64,000 nt of DNA from Gonapodya sp. JEL0774 (lineage: Eukaryota). Each line of letters begins with the position of its first letter. Within the stretch, counting starts at the first letter, position 1. Shown one piece after another: positions 1 to 12,701 of this stretch. A program made the translations under genes and the position numbers. Under the pieces are notes generated by a model that saw nothing but the letters and a program-made list of their open reading frames with translations, did no database searches and was not told the origin of the DNA. The stretch is from NCBI GenBank assembly GCA_027604505.1, contig JADIIX010000032.1:1-64000 (forward strand), written 5' to 3'.

Positions 1-745
1 ATTATACACAAGTCAGATAAAAGTACCGATGTGGGTCAGATAAAAGACTTAAGAGGGTCAGGAAAAAGCGTCACACGACATTTACATAGTAGTTTTTGGG
101 GAAGGGCGTTTACCCCTCATGTATACAAGAACCTCGAACCTCACGCCGCTGGACCCTCACCATTTCAGCCAAGGAAACAACAAACCCTGCGTGAATTATC
201 GTAGTTCAAACGCCGCTCAACAAAGAAGTGTGTCTGCAAAGGAGTGCCATACCAGCAAATCTTTTGTTTTCTGACTCTACTAGACTCACCACAAGTCGAA
301 AACGTGCGGCAGGATGACGAACAAGGCATGTCGATCGATTCAACGTGACCATAATCTTAAGCTTTTGCTCAAAAATCCACCGATTGGGCGGATCTTCAAA
401 AATTCCCCCTCAAATTGGAAAGTGGCCGATAAAAGATTCCGGTGGGAGCCTGACTGTGAGGCAGTCTCCCATCCCGACAGGAACTTTACTGAATCCCTAA
501 ATCTCCGCTCACTTAAAAAGTACTCGCATTCCATTCGACAACGTTGAGACTCAAACGCGGGGATCTTTGCCCATTTCGCTCGTGGCTTTGCTTCCTTCTT
601 GTTTGGTGGACAAAGTGAGCGTAGAGCCTTAGCCCTCTTCTTGTCATGATTCTCACGTCAGATCTGTCATGTGTCTCACCATCCAGTCATCGAAAGTCTC
701 ATCCATTTCTCACATAAGAGCTCTTTTGAACATTTGACCCTCGGA

Positions 746-2073
746 ATGCGTGCGAACTACCACTTCACCACCGTCGCCGCTCTTGTGCTCACAACCGTCA
801 TCGCCGGCGTCCGGGCGAACAACGCTGACGAAAACGGTCTCTACTGGATCAAAACCGACAAAATTCAGCTCGCATTTATTCCATATGGTGCTGCGCTGAC
901 ACACTTTCTTATCAACGACAAGAATGGTATCCAGCGCGACATCGTGGCCGGTTTTGACAATGCTAGCTACTATGAGATCGACAAACAGCACAACTATTTC
1001 GGCGGAGTGCCAGGACGATATCTCAATCGCATCAAGAACAGCACTTTCTCCATCGACGGACAGGTCTACCATATCACACCGAACGACAATCCGACCCCCG
1101 AGGCACCAAACGGCGCCGATTCTCTTCACGGAGGCAAGCGAGGATGGGACTGGCGAAACTTCACTGTCGTGACCCACAACACTACTAGCATTACTTTCAG
1201 TCTCGTGGATCCCGACGGCCGTGAAGGGTTTCCTGGTGAAGTCGTCTCGTTTGTCACCTACTCGGTCTCCGATTACACTTGGGACTTCAAAATGGTGGCG
1301 CTGGCAACGACCAAGAAGACGCCGATCATGCTTTCAAGTCACGTGTACTGGAATCTGGACGGTTTCGCCAACACCAAAGTGAGTACCAAAGCGCATCGTT
1401 TCGACTTCGAGAGTTAACCGCTAGAACTGTGTTTGTCAACTCCAAGACCAATACCGCTTTGAATCACACCTTCCACATGCCATACAGTGGCCAGCGCGTC
1501 GCAGTTGATAACATCTTGATTCCAACCGGCGATATCTTGGCCAACAAACCAGGCTCCCCGAATGACTTTTGGACCAAGCCCAAGGAGATCGGTGCGAGCT
1601 TTTCTGACCCGGCTCTCAAGAACAATTGCGGATTAAACTGCACCGGATATGGTACGTTAATTTCTGGCGGAATTGTTTTCAAGGGGTCAAGCTTACCGAT
1701 TCCTTCCTTCACAGACAACTGTTGGCTCGTGACGCGCGAAAGTCCGTACGACTGGAAAGACAGCTACGTAGCGCGCTTGCAATCAGCATGGTCCGGTATC
1801 CAGGTTGACGTGTACTCGGATCAAGAGGCCATGCAAATGTACAGCTGCAACTTTCAGAACGGATCGGTGGCTCTCAAGAAGACCCAAGGCCTCTTCGACA
1901 ACCCACAGTTTCCTCGCACTATTCCCAAGTACGGATGCGTCGTTTTGGAAGTTCAGGATTGGATCGACGCTATCAACCACCCAGAGTGGGGTCGCCAGGG
2001 TAAACACATTTTCGGACCCGGCGATGACCCGTATGTTCTCCAGGGAAGCTACCGCTTCAGCGTGAACGCGTAG
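746..2073 (+). CDS. Secreted aldose 1-epimerase (galactose mutarotase family), 3 exons
   Basis: Signal-peptide-like N-terminus MRANYHFTTVAALVLTTVIAGVRA. Mutarotase motifs YFGGVPGRYLNRI, SLHGG, EGFPG, SHVYWNLDG, LIPTG, CVVLEVQ. Introns 1379-1446 (GTGAGT..AAG) and 1652-1714 (GTACGT..CAG) join ORFs 671 and 1279 in frame. Confidence 0.93.
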
Positions 2074-2341
2074 AGGAAACCGTCGTAAATTATTAGTCGG
2101 CGAGATCTGTCTTGTGTAAATTCCAGTGAAAAAGACGTTTGGATTCTTGAAAGTTGTGTTTATGCAATAGCTCTTCCGTATCATGAACTCATCAGACTTC
2201 GTGGTGCTCTCCTCCACCAACAGACAACGGAAGTTGCTGTGCGAGTTGTACCTCTTCTCATGCGATGTAAGCGTGTGACAGACACGTTGGCATCCACCTA
2301 ACAACTAAGTACTACAATCTCCGTTTCGAAACGATCAACTC

Positions 2342-3480
2342 TTACTCAAAACAATCACTAAATTCCCAAGGCGCATTATCCACACCAGCCGCCTCCTTCG
2401 CTGCAGCATCCGCCACCTCATTCCACTCTCTCGGAATCCTCCATAATTCCACGTCCACGCCCGAATTCCTGGCGCTCTCGACCTGCCCCAAGAGCAACTC
2501 CCACAAGTCCCTGTTTTTGACGAGATCGCCGGTGCTGGTGCACCACTCGCGACGGACCCAGCTTCTGGCCCAGGATGTGGCACCCTCTACGACGTACTCT
2601 GAGTCTGTCGCGATGACGAGACGGCGGAAGCCTTCACTCCTCCAGTTCTTGAATCGCAACGCGGCAATCACAGCCCTGAGTTCAGCACGGTTGCTTGTTT
2701 GAAGAGTCCGGCCTGCCCCAAACACTCCAGTCATCTCCAGACGTCCCTTAACAACGTGAAACGAGTTGGGGCTCCGCCATCCACGTATCTTCCCATGCAC
2801 AAATGCCCACCCAGCGCGGGGGTTCATACCACCATTTCCAAGACACGCGCCGTCTGTGAACACGAGACATGTCTGAGAATCCGCCCTATGTGTGAGGCGG
2901 GCGACAGATTCTCCAACAGGCTTCCGGCCCTGGAAGAGCTCTGTTGGCGTCGCAGACTGAGGACTGGGGAAAAATTTGGAGGGAAAGATACGCCCTGTGC
3001 CTCGTGGGAGGTCCGAGACATTGAATTCCTGGGTGTCTTCACCGTCCTCGTCGTACACGGCGTATCCCGACACGACCATCTCAACGTTTGGCAGGTCCAA
3101 CTCGTGGCCGTTATTGCGGCTACTCCAGGTCGAAGACGATACGTACCCCGTCCGCGGGACTTGTCCACCCTGGGTTTGATACATGGTTGCGAACACTGTC
3201 TTCTGGCATTGCGAGTGGTGAAAGTGGGCGAACTGACCTGAAGATTATTGATGCGATCGGGATGTCCGCTGCGACCCTGTACTGCTCTCCACGAGCTTGC
3301 TGTCCAACTAAAATGGTTGTTCTCATCTTCCACCTCGTCGTATTCCATCTGCTCTTCATCGTCGTCCTCGCCATCAGAATACTCCATGAAGCTGAAATCC
3401 AACGAGCACTTGTAACACACTGGCAAGTAGTGTATTGCGCACACGAGCCGTCCATCGGGGAGTTCAGCGACGTCGCTCAT
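2342..3480 (-). CDS. Ribonuclease H (RNase HI-like) with N-terminal Cys/His putative Zn-binding region
   Basis: Catalytic motifs VFTDGAC, TSNRAELRAV, IATDSEYV, VKNRDLW, WNEVADAAAK in ORF 2342..3196. N-terminal LPDGRLVCAIHYLPVCYKCSLDF in ORF 2824..3480. The junction between the two frames (about 3040-3240) is unresolved: intron or frameshift. Confidence 0.85.
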
Positions 3481-4478
3481 TGGTTGATTCGTCTATGTTG
3501 GGACGATGAACGGAAGTGGGGGGATGGCGATGTTCAAATGTCATCCACCAATTCAACCCTTTGCACTTGATGATACATAATGTATACATAACTGCGAGGA
3601 ACGACACCAATGCACGTTTTGATGTGATTGCTTCTTAGGAAACGATTTGAGTTTGAATGGATTCAAATAGTCGACAAAGTCGGAAAGATCTTCTTCACCC
3701 CAACTTCATCGAAACACCACACACTGTGAAGCTCAGGCGGCACCGGCTCCTTCCGTGCTGCCTCCACTTGATTTGCGCCTTAGAACCCAGCACGTAATTC
3801 TGGGAATATCGGGCAAAGAGCGGGCTGCGGGCTGGGCTCTATTGGAGGCTCAAGTGCGGGTGTACCGCAGAGCTTTATTAGCCGAGTCGAAACATCTGCA
3901 TCGTCGCAACAGCCGTGCTGCGCTGCATTCATGAATCTGGACGGAACGACACGCCCCGTTTTCCGTGGTGATAGTCTGTACAAGGTCGAGGGACCCAATC
4001 TCCAGGATCATACACAGTGAAGCTTTTTATTGGCGGAATATTAAATCGGATTGGGTGTGCGGTGTGAAGGTAAGAGTTTCGGTAGCGGGTAAACTTTACT
4101 CGACATAACTGCAACTTTGGAACCTCGACAGATCACTTCTCAATCCAACGATCCCTTTGATGCCTTGTCGTCCTGTACTTCTAGCTCACACGATCCAGAT
4201 GGCGGATAAGGGCGAGCCGAACGGTATCGGGGCGATGGGACTGTGGCTCTACTTCGTCTTGTAGTTCATCCCCAAAGCCAGTGTACTGCTGGGATATCTG
4301 ATGGCGCAACTTTCAATACACATAGGCGAAAGGGACTCGAGAATCCTTGCGACCTCGATCGTGCGAAGCTATTGGATGTTTGCTTAGGTTGTCACTCGCC
4401 TTCGCGGATCACCTTGAAGTACTTAGAGTAGATACCTCTCCAACTTATGGTATTTGAATACCTCAATCTATTAGCACC

Positions 4479-5987
4479 ATGACCTCTCTTCCCCTCCCTC
4501 CTGAAGTAGTCGAGTTCCGGCGCAATGCCTTTATTGGTTATACCACAGCATCACTTCTGTCGGTCCTCGGCGATCTGGCGATACTCGTATTCTTGGGGCT
4601 GGCGTACAGGTGAGAGGTGCTCTCGAGGACTCTGATACATCGGATACAAAAGAACTCTTTACTCACGTTCATGTCCACGCTACGACACTCTAGGGCACAA
4701 CCTTCACTCTTACGTCCCACACACCTCAAACTCCTCCTCTTCCTCGTAACAGCGAACATGGTCGGCATGATTGGGCACATTGGCATTTTTGGTGCTGAAC
4801 CTGACAGCTTTTATTGCAGGTATACAATCCTTGCGTGCACCTTACGCCCAGCCTGGCTGCAACCTCTCCCCATTGAATACAGCTTCACAGGCTTCCTTGT
4901 ACTCGGTGGGATGTGTGGCGACTTTACCAGCGCACTCGTCATCGTGTGGGTTCTGTATCAGTCGCTGGTCCTATTTCGGCCCCCATTCACGCGGAGACAG
5001 GAAATTGGACTGTTTGCGTTCTTAATTGGGTTCGTTACCACGTGGTGTGGGCTGTCAATTGGACAGTGAGTCTTAGGTTTTGTTCTGTAAGGAGCTCAGT
5101 CACAGAGTAGTGGGTTTGGGAACTGCCAGGATGGGAATGAACCCGACGACTTATGCGTGCTGGTTCAGGAATCCCCGCTCAATTCAAGTCTTCATCGCCA
5201 ACATCGGAACCATCGTCAACGTGCTCCTCACCTTCCTATTCGTCATCATCACACTGTGGCAGTTATGGAGGGGGGCCTTCAAGAAAGAGGCACACCAGGT
5301 AAAGCGACATTCCCAGGCGCAGCCAATGGATAGGACTGTGGAGCTTGTGTCCCGCAGGATCATCTTGGTGAGTGGTGGATTGACCGTTATGTCTTAGCAA
5401 AACTCGAATCGGAAGGATGCACAACAGTATCCATGTGTCACTCTCGTCGTCGGTGGTATGGGATTCATTCAAAACATGTTCCCGAGCAGCGATCTTGCCC
5501 AATTCCTCGGTCGTGAGTGGAACTGCTGAATGATCCTTGTACCACAGTCTGAATGGCACTTCGATGTCCACCCTCCTCAGAATACATCATACTCCTCTCC
5601 GGCGTGCTCCACGGCCTCATTTTCTTTTTTGCAGACCCGAGCATGACGCTCATGAAACCTAAAGTCATTCATGCTCTCAGAATGGAGGGGAATCCCCAAA
5701 TTGACACTGAAGGCGCTGGGTCAACGGGAAGGAGGATTTTGGGGTCAAACAGCACACAACCAAGCAGTTCGGGCGGTAATTCGAACGCACGACCAAGCAT
5801 CTCGGGAGTTTCGGGAGGGAGGGGATCAATTTCTGTCCCCCTGGTGCAGACGCGGGGCAGAGACGGTGGGAGCTCTGTATCTCCGGAAAAAGCGGTAATG
5901 GAGGCGACAGCTATGAGTGCGAGAGTTGACAAGAGTGTAGACATGGGTTCGCCGGTAGAAGGCGTCGAAAATGTAGGCGAGCCATAA
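4479..5987 (+). CDS. 7-transmembrane GPCR-like protein (cAMP-receptor/Git3-like), multi-exon
   Basis: ATG 4479 (MTSLPLPPEVVEFRRNAFIGYTTASLLSVLGDLAILVFLGLAYR) followed by intron-separated hydrophobic helices. Extracellular Cys (FYC, YACWFR), TM7-like SGVLHGLIFFFADP, Ser/Gly-rich tail. Confidence 0.65.
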
Positions 5988-8206
5988 GAGAACCCTCGTC
6001 GCAGTTGATAGCAATATGTGTATCCGGCGGTTTCTTTTAGTGAGAGTCTTGTAGCGACGAGTACTGAATAGTTCACGCTTGGACGAAAGTGACTAAAATA
6101 TACATTGCATTGTGTCCAATGAGATACAAAGTCCATGTTTAATTCACACTACCGTCTCCCCCCGTGACCTTGATGACAAGTTTGGCATTGTTCACGCTTT
6201 TGTGATATGTATGATGAAACTGAACAATCTTTTGTCCTGTTGATCCATTTGGGGTGTCTCTTCAAATCCCATCCGAGATAAGCTCACGCCTGGCGTCCCT
6301 AGCAGGGTAACGTTCGAGCAGAAACACTGGATTTGAAACAGACCGGTTCCAGCACCAAAAGGTGCGGACGGCACCCCACTATTTGCGTTTTTGAGTCTCG
6401 GAGCAAGAGCTCTTGAACTGAGTGAAAATCCCGATTTAGCGCACATGATCGGGTTCAGTCGTATTTGCACAGTTGATCGATCAACCTGCCAGGTCGCACT
6501 ACCACACACCAAGATGCCACCGTGTAAGCACAGTCACACCTCGCCCACTGAATGTGCTCTAAATCGGGATACACTCGAACAAGCGCAACTGAAGACCAAA
6601 GAGCCGGCGTTATAGATGGTTTGATAGAGCGCCCAGAGCATGGTGCGGTCCTGGTGTAATGAGAAGAAATCATCGAAGAACTCCATGGCGAGTATTTGTT
6701 GAAATTCCGAGGCATTTCAGTTCACCAACACCTCAAAGTCGCATTTCACTTGATCACTGCACTCGTGAAGATAGTGGTTGACAATACTCTAGTGTGTAAC
6801 CATTAATCCTCGGTCACCCGTGTCCGCTTTCAAAGCGATCTGAACGCAACAAGTTTGTAAGTGGGTGTGGTTGAACAATGAGAAAACGCAACACTTGAGT
6901 AGCAGAAACCACATTTCCTAGATTCAGACCAACTGTATTATACACGGTTACGGTTCGGATAGAAGTAGCTCCTCTCGTACTTTTTCGGGCATGTTCGATG
7001 ATCAAAGCTGTTGACAGATTCGACACTACCACCGGGAAATTCTCCCCCGAAGCACCTGGGCACTTAAGGCAGAGACGGGCTTTGAACAATCCGACATTAG
7101 AATAAGACAATTGATACAAAGGGTCAAGACACCAAGTGACGCCTTGAGATTCTGAATCGGTCAGGTGTCTGCTTGTATGCAGTATCACAATGGAGTGGAG
7201 CGCTCATCTGGTGACAATAATCCCGCAGACAAAGGCTTTCACTAGCGAGTATCGTATGCTGTCAAGTCCCACACATCGTGGGACGTAGTTTCATTCCTTG
7301 TGTAGATAGAAATTGTTGCGAGAACAATGTGTTGCTGTCCTTCGCTTTTACCCCACTGTCCTAATATAATCCTTACGTCCTCTAACCTTCTTGTGGTACA
7401 CTGCGAGTTGAGTATCCGTTCGCTTCCTCCCACGAGCCTATTCCTCAAATGATTCGAGTACAAGTCCGGAAGGAAGTTTATATCAGGTAGATATCACTTG
7501 ATAGCCCTCTTCATTTGTCAAAAGTCGCTTTTTCGAAGTCTAAATTCTCCTTGGAGTACATTTCGGCTGACAGTCTCTCGCAGATTCTATTATTTTCACC
7601 TCATTTATCGCCTTCATTCGAGGTCCTGAAACTCTGCACCTTACTGTAGAATACCCGTACAGTGAGTGGTGCTAATGATCTCCGCGGTAATCGTCACAGT
7701 CAGCTCAGTCGAATGTGCTTGCGACGCTGTGGAGTTGGTGCTCCATAATGCTGGGTCACGATAGACATTAGTAGACGGAGTCGAAGTCTCCAATGCCCGT
7801 CTCCGACGGAATATTACGTACACTTCTCTTCCTCGGGTTCTTCCAGTGCACGGGTGACGATTGTGGTTTCGTTTCGGCAAGAGCAAGATTCATGAATGCG
7901 CTGCTGACTCTTATACCCAATCAATCTGCTCAGAGATTCGAGCAAGCTGCCTCCATCTTTTTCCTCTTTTGAGCAAGAACTTCTGCGTATTGCGCACACG
8001 AAAAGGATAGGTGTCAATGATGTTTCCCAGCTCCTCTCCGGGCTCAACCGGGATATTACCCTGCTCTCCGGGAAAGTAATCGTGCCTCGAACTGTCCCGA
8101 CCCATTCACCGGTTATCCTCCATCCGTTATATAAAACGATGAATTTCTTGATTCTTTCCACCAGCAATCTTTCAGTTTTCCATTCTCTTTCAGCCAACTC
8201 CCCATC

Positions 8207-9029
8207 ATGTCGGTCAGACACCTCACACCCCCTCCCGCGGTTCCCCGCAAGCTCCCGAACATTGAATTGTCTCACCTAGGCCTCCACGTCACCGACATGG
8301 ACAAACAACTGAAGTTCTACACGGAGGTTCGTTGACCTCGACCTTTCCCTCGTTCATCCAGTCTGATGAACGAGATGTTCGGTGTTTCCTCCAAATTAGG
8401 TGATGGGATTCTATGTTATGGACTACGGTGTCGTCGGACACCCCACTCTCGGCGAAAACAAGGTCGCCTTCCTCTCCCGTGACCCCAAGGAGCACCACCA
8501 ATTGGCTCTCTTTGACAAACGCCCCGAAGACGTGAACTTCAATGTTATCCAGCAGATTTCCTTCAGCTGCGGGAGCGTCGAGGGAGTGAAGGAAGCGGCG
8601 TCGCTGGCACTGAAGAACGGAGCGAGCCAGCCCATGCCAATGAGTCACGGACACAGTGAGTTTGGCGGAAATGAAAACTTCGCTTGCGATTAGACTCTCA
8701 CTCTTGCTCCTGCACATCCATCTGGCTAATGAATAGCCATTTCTTGCTACCTCATGGATCCCGAGGGAAATCGTCTTGAACTCTACTCCGACCAGGACTG
8801 GTAAGAGACTCATCTGTTGTACCCCGTCAGTGATTCACCCGAACTGACAATGTTTAACTGTATCCAAAGGTATGTTCCCCAGCCCTACGTCACATTCATC
8901 CCCGACTTCTTTGATGTTGACCCCGAGGAACTGAGGAAGCGAGTGTACGACGAGGCTTCCAAGAAGCCCGGATTTGTTCCCACGCGCGCAGAGTACCACG
9001 AAATTATGAGGAAGAAGATGGGACTGTAG
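8207..9029 (+). CDS. VOC-family (glyoxalase/bleomycin-resistance/extradiol dioxygenase-like) protein, 4 exons, about 199 aa
   Basis: Exons 8207-8326, 8400-8655, 8737-8800, 8870-9029 splice in frame: LSHLGLHVTDMDKQLKFYTEVMGF...FLSRDPKEHHQLAL...IQQISF...SHGHTISCYLMDPEGNRLELYSD. Confidence 0.9.
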
Positions 9030-9928
9030 AGAGGTTTAACTATCATTATATCTGCCTTGGAAGTTATTATTCGCATTACACTACATATCAAGCCGATTTT
9101 GACCGCCCCTCCATCAGTGTTCTTTGTAGTTCCAAGGTCCGAGAGCAGCTACTTCTCAAGGAGATCGTCCGGACACGGTGGTGGACAGTGAACTTTGATT
9201 TGTCTGTACCGCAAGATGTCATTTTACTATGAAGCACTGGATCTTCGCGATATAGAAAGTTGAGGCGTTCCGTCAAGGGAGTCCATGCCTACGGAACATG
9301 TACGCACATGTGCATTACACGCTCCAAGCGATACTCGTAATTCATTTGAGCAATTTTAGCGGGACCTGTTTTCTCTTTCTCCAAGTGGGCGGCCGACGAC
9401 AGTCTGGCGCAAAAGTAACAGCTCCGGTACGCAGAGCGGACTACTATGTTGTTCCGGTCATATATTTCTCTATTCAGCACACATGCGGTACTGGAGAGAC
9501 AATCCTGCTCATCTGTTGACGACTTTCAGATATTGCAAAGGGAGATCAAAGGGAGAGCACGGAGTGCAAGCACAACGGATGAACGATGAAAGGTCCCCTT
9601 ACTATCACTTTCATTGAAGCGTCTAGAATATTGAGAGTATTCATTAGTGCATCCGCACACATATGTCGACAACAGTTTTGATCCCGTGGTTGCTGCGGAC
9701 AAGCTGGTTTGGAATGTGAATTCCCGGACCCGACCGGTTGCATTACTTCCCCTTACGCTCACCCATAAAATGGATTCCCCTACTAATCCATTGATCGTTT
9801 CCTTCTACTGCAAGGTATTTTCCCACGCTGGCCTAAGAGATTCCTCCCATTCGCTTCCCATCCGACCCCTGATACATCTCGCACGTTCGAAGCCAGGCTC
9901 TCTTCATATTCCTCCATAGATCGCAGAA

Positions 9929-12556
9929 ATGACTGGCCCCCTCCTTCCGTACAAGCAAGCCCACCTCCCAACCCCGGTGGTCCCAGGGGCAAATGCCATC
10001 TACAAACAGCTCCGTGTTGGGGACATGGTCATCGACAAGAACTTGGATATTGTGATTCCTCGCCTCGGTGGGACGGATGTATGCCGCTGTGATGTATTTC
10101 GACCTGCGGATACGCTTGAGGGAAAGAAATATCCTATCATTATGACGGCGGGACCTTGTGAGTGCGATTTCTTTTTGGAACTTGTAATAGTGATGCTGAA
10201 CTGCTCTATTATGGCGGTGATAATTGGTGTCACCTAGATGGAAAGGGTGAGATACAGCTCACTCGCTTTCCGTACTCTTACGAGCGGGAATTGAGCTCGT
10301 GAAACACTCTCCCTTTCTTCCCTCTCCAGATATTCCGTACAAGGAGTTTGCTCTGCACTCATTTGAGCAAATTGAGGAGGGACAGAAGAGCGAGTTTAGC
10401 AGCTGGGAAACACCGGAACCGACTTTTTGGACGACGAAGGGGTAAATGAAATGGAGCCGTTTACTCCTTTTCGGTGATTTGAGCCAGTTTTGTGAACGCA
10501 CTTCTAGGTATATCGTAATTCGTGTTGACGAACAGGGAACTGGTCAATCGTGGGTTCTGTTTGATCGCTGTTTGTCGCCTGATCCCTCCTCAGAAATTGA
10601 TTTCCCCATTTCAAAGTCCTGGTCACCTGGATACCATGTCCGAGCAAACGGCCGTCAACTTTTTCTACGCCATTGAATGGGCTGCTGAGCAATCGTGGTC
10701 TTCTGGCAAAGTCGGGCTCCTTGGGATTTCCTGTGAGACCGTGTCCCATTGTTTTTCGTTATCAACCTTTTCTAAATTAGATCCTATCACTTGCTGCCAT
10801 GAAGACTACGGTGGAAGCCAGTGGAGAGTCGCGGCGCGGAAGCCTAAGGGCCTCGCTGCCATCATCCCTTGGGAGGGCATGAGCGATTTCTACCGTGACA
10901 GGGTACGACACGGAGGCATTTTTGCCAACGGAGTGAGTTGCTTTTTCGGGTCCTTTGGCGATCGCTGTCAGAGCTCAACCGTGCTGCCTCACTAGTTCGT
11001 CAAAATCTGGCAAGACTTCCAGATATTTAAGAATCAATATGGTTCGCCCTTCAGGCCCGCTGCGGCAGTGCAGAGATTCACTGGAAATGCCGCTCGGCAC
11101 CCCAACGTCGAAGGCATCCTTACAGAAGAGCAACTCAAGGAGAACCGTGAAGACCAAACGATTGACAATGTCAAGTATCCGTTCCTGGACGACGCGTATC
11201 ACCAAAGCCGTGATTACGATATGGCAAATATCGACGTACCGCTTCTTTCCGTGGGCAATTGGTACGTATCTGTGGCACTTTTCTTTTGAGATGAATGAGA
11301 CGAATGTCCTAACACTCTCAACTCTCCAGGGGAGGAATCACACTGCACCTTCGAGGAAATGTCCAGGGATACATGCGAGCAGGCTCTAAGAATAAGTGGT
11401 TGTGGTTTGTTACTGGCCGTCACGACCTTCCATTCTACTACAAGGAGTGGGTCGAACTTCAGGTGAAGCCCCTCTGCCAGTTCACTATAATCAACTTTCG
11501 TACCGAGTTTACCAACAGCTTTCTTTTGGCAGCTCTCATTTTTTAACGCATGGCTGAAGGACGAAGACTCCATGGGCTGGAAGGAGGGGCCGAACGTCAA
11601 GATTCCGGCCATCAATTACTGCAGTAAGTCCACCGCCGTCTATGCCTGGTGCACTCTTGAATTTTTGTTCTCACACTGTCTTGTAGTTCGAAAGGGTGCG
11701 CCTAAGTTCAATGACCCAGAGGGAGATAGAGCATTCCCACGCGGGGTGGCGGCCGAATGGCCCTTGCCGAACACCAAGTACGTCTCGTATGCCCTTACTG
11801 GTGACCGCACCATGGTACCCTCAGAGGGCTCTGTAATTAAGCCGGACCAATTCAAGTACGCTGGTTTGACTGGAGACGAAATCCGCTTCACGGTGAAGTT
11901 TGACAGCGAGACGGAGATCATGGGACATCCACTTTTGAGACTGGCGGTCAGTGTAGAGGCGGATGCAACCGGGAAGACTCCCAAGGACATGGACGTTTTT
12001 GTGACTTTGAGACACTTTGATGCGGAAGGCAAGGAAATTTTCTACACTGGTAAGCGCATATTCCTTCACCAGGGATACTCAGGCGTCTGTGATCTTTCTG
12101 ACTACTTTGGTGTCAAAAGGTACTGCTGGAGACCCATGCCCCATCGTCAAGGGATGGCAGCGCATTTCGCTTCGGAAGCACTACGGTATCGGCAAGGACC
12201 AAGTGCCCATCCGAAAATACCTTCGATCTGATGTTCAACTTCTCGAGGCCGGCGAAATACACATGGTCGATATTGAAATCTGGCCCACGTCGGTGGTGAG
12301 TTTCTAACCGTTGTTCGGGTCGTGTCGTTCGAACTGATGCGGAAATTCTGTTTGGGCAAATATCGTATCCCCTCAGGTTATCCCTGCCGGAAACTCTCTG
12401 ATCGTTGAAATTGGCCCCAAGGATCAACAAGGAGGTACTATTTTCCGTCACGATGATCCCCAGGACAGGAACTTCGAGGTGTTTGGAGGTGTTAACGTGG
12501 TGCACGTTGGGGGCGAGCACAAAAGCGAAATCATATTGCCCATTATTCCCAAATAA
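9929..12556 (+). CDS. CocE/NonD family hydrolase (peptidase S15 / cocaine-esterase-like), multi-exon
   Basis: DVFRP, PIIMTAGPYGK, WETPEP, nucleophile elbow VGLLGISYYG after splicing, IIPWEGMSDFYRD, GNWGGITLHLRGN, TGRHD, and C-terminal PepX_C-like DIEIWPTSVV. Stop TAA 12554-12556. Confidence 0.9.
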
Positions 12557-12701
12557 CTTGATGATAAAGTACATGTATATATATATAATCAATTGGAATT
12601 TGCACTGACAAATCCTCCGCGAGGCGATAACGTTGTTTTCAGGTCGGCGTTGGGTTGGCGGCTGTTGCAGTCCTCCGATTGCAGACACATCCTTTTAATG
12701 C

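Noticed and set aside
2342..3196. RNase H as part of an LTR/LINE retroelement
   Set aside because: No RT, integrase, gag or LTRs nearby, and the N-terminus is that of a cellular fungal family.
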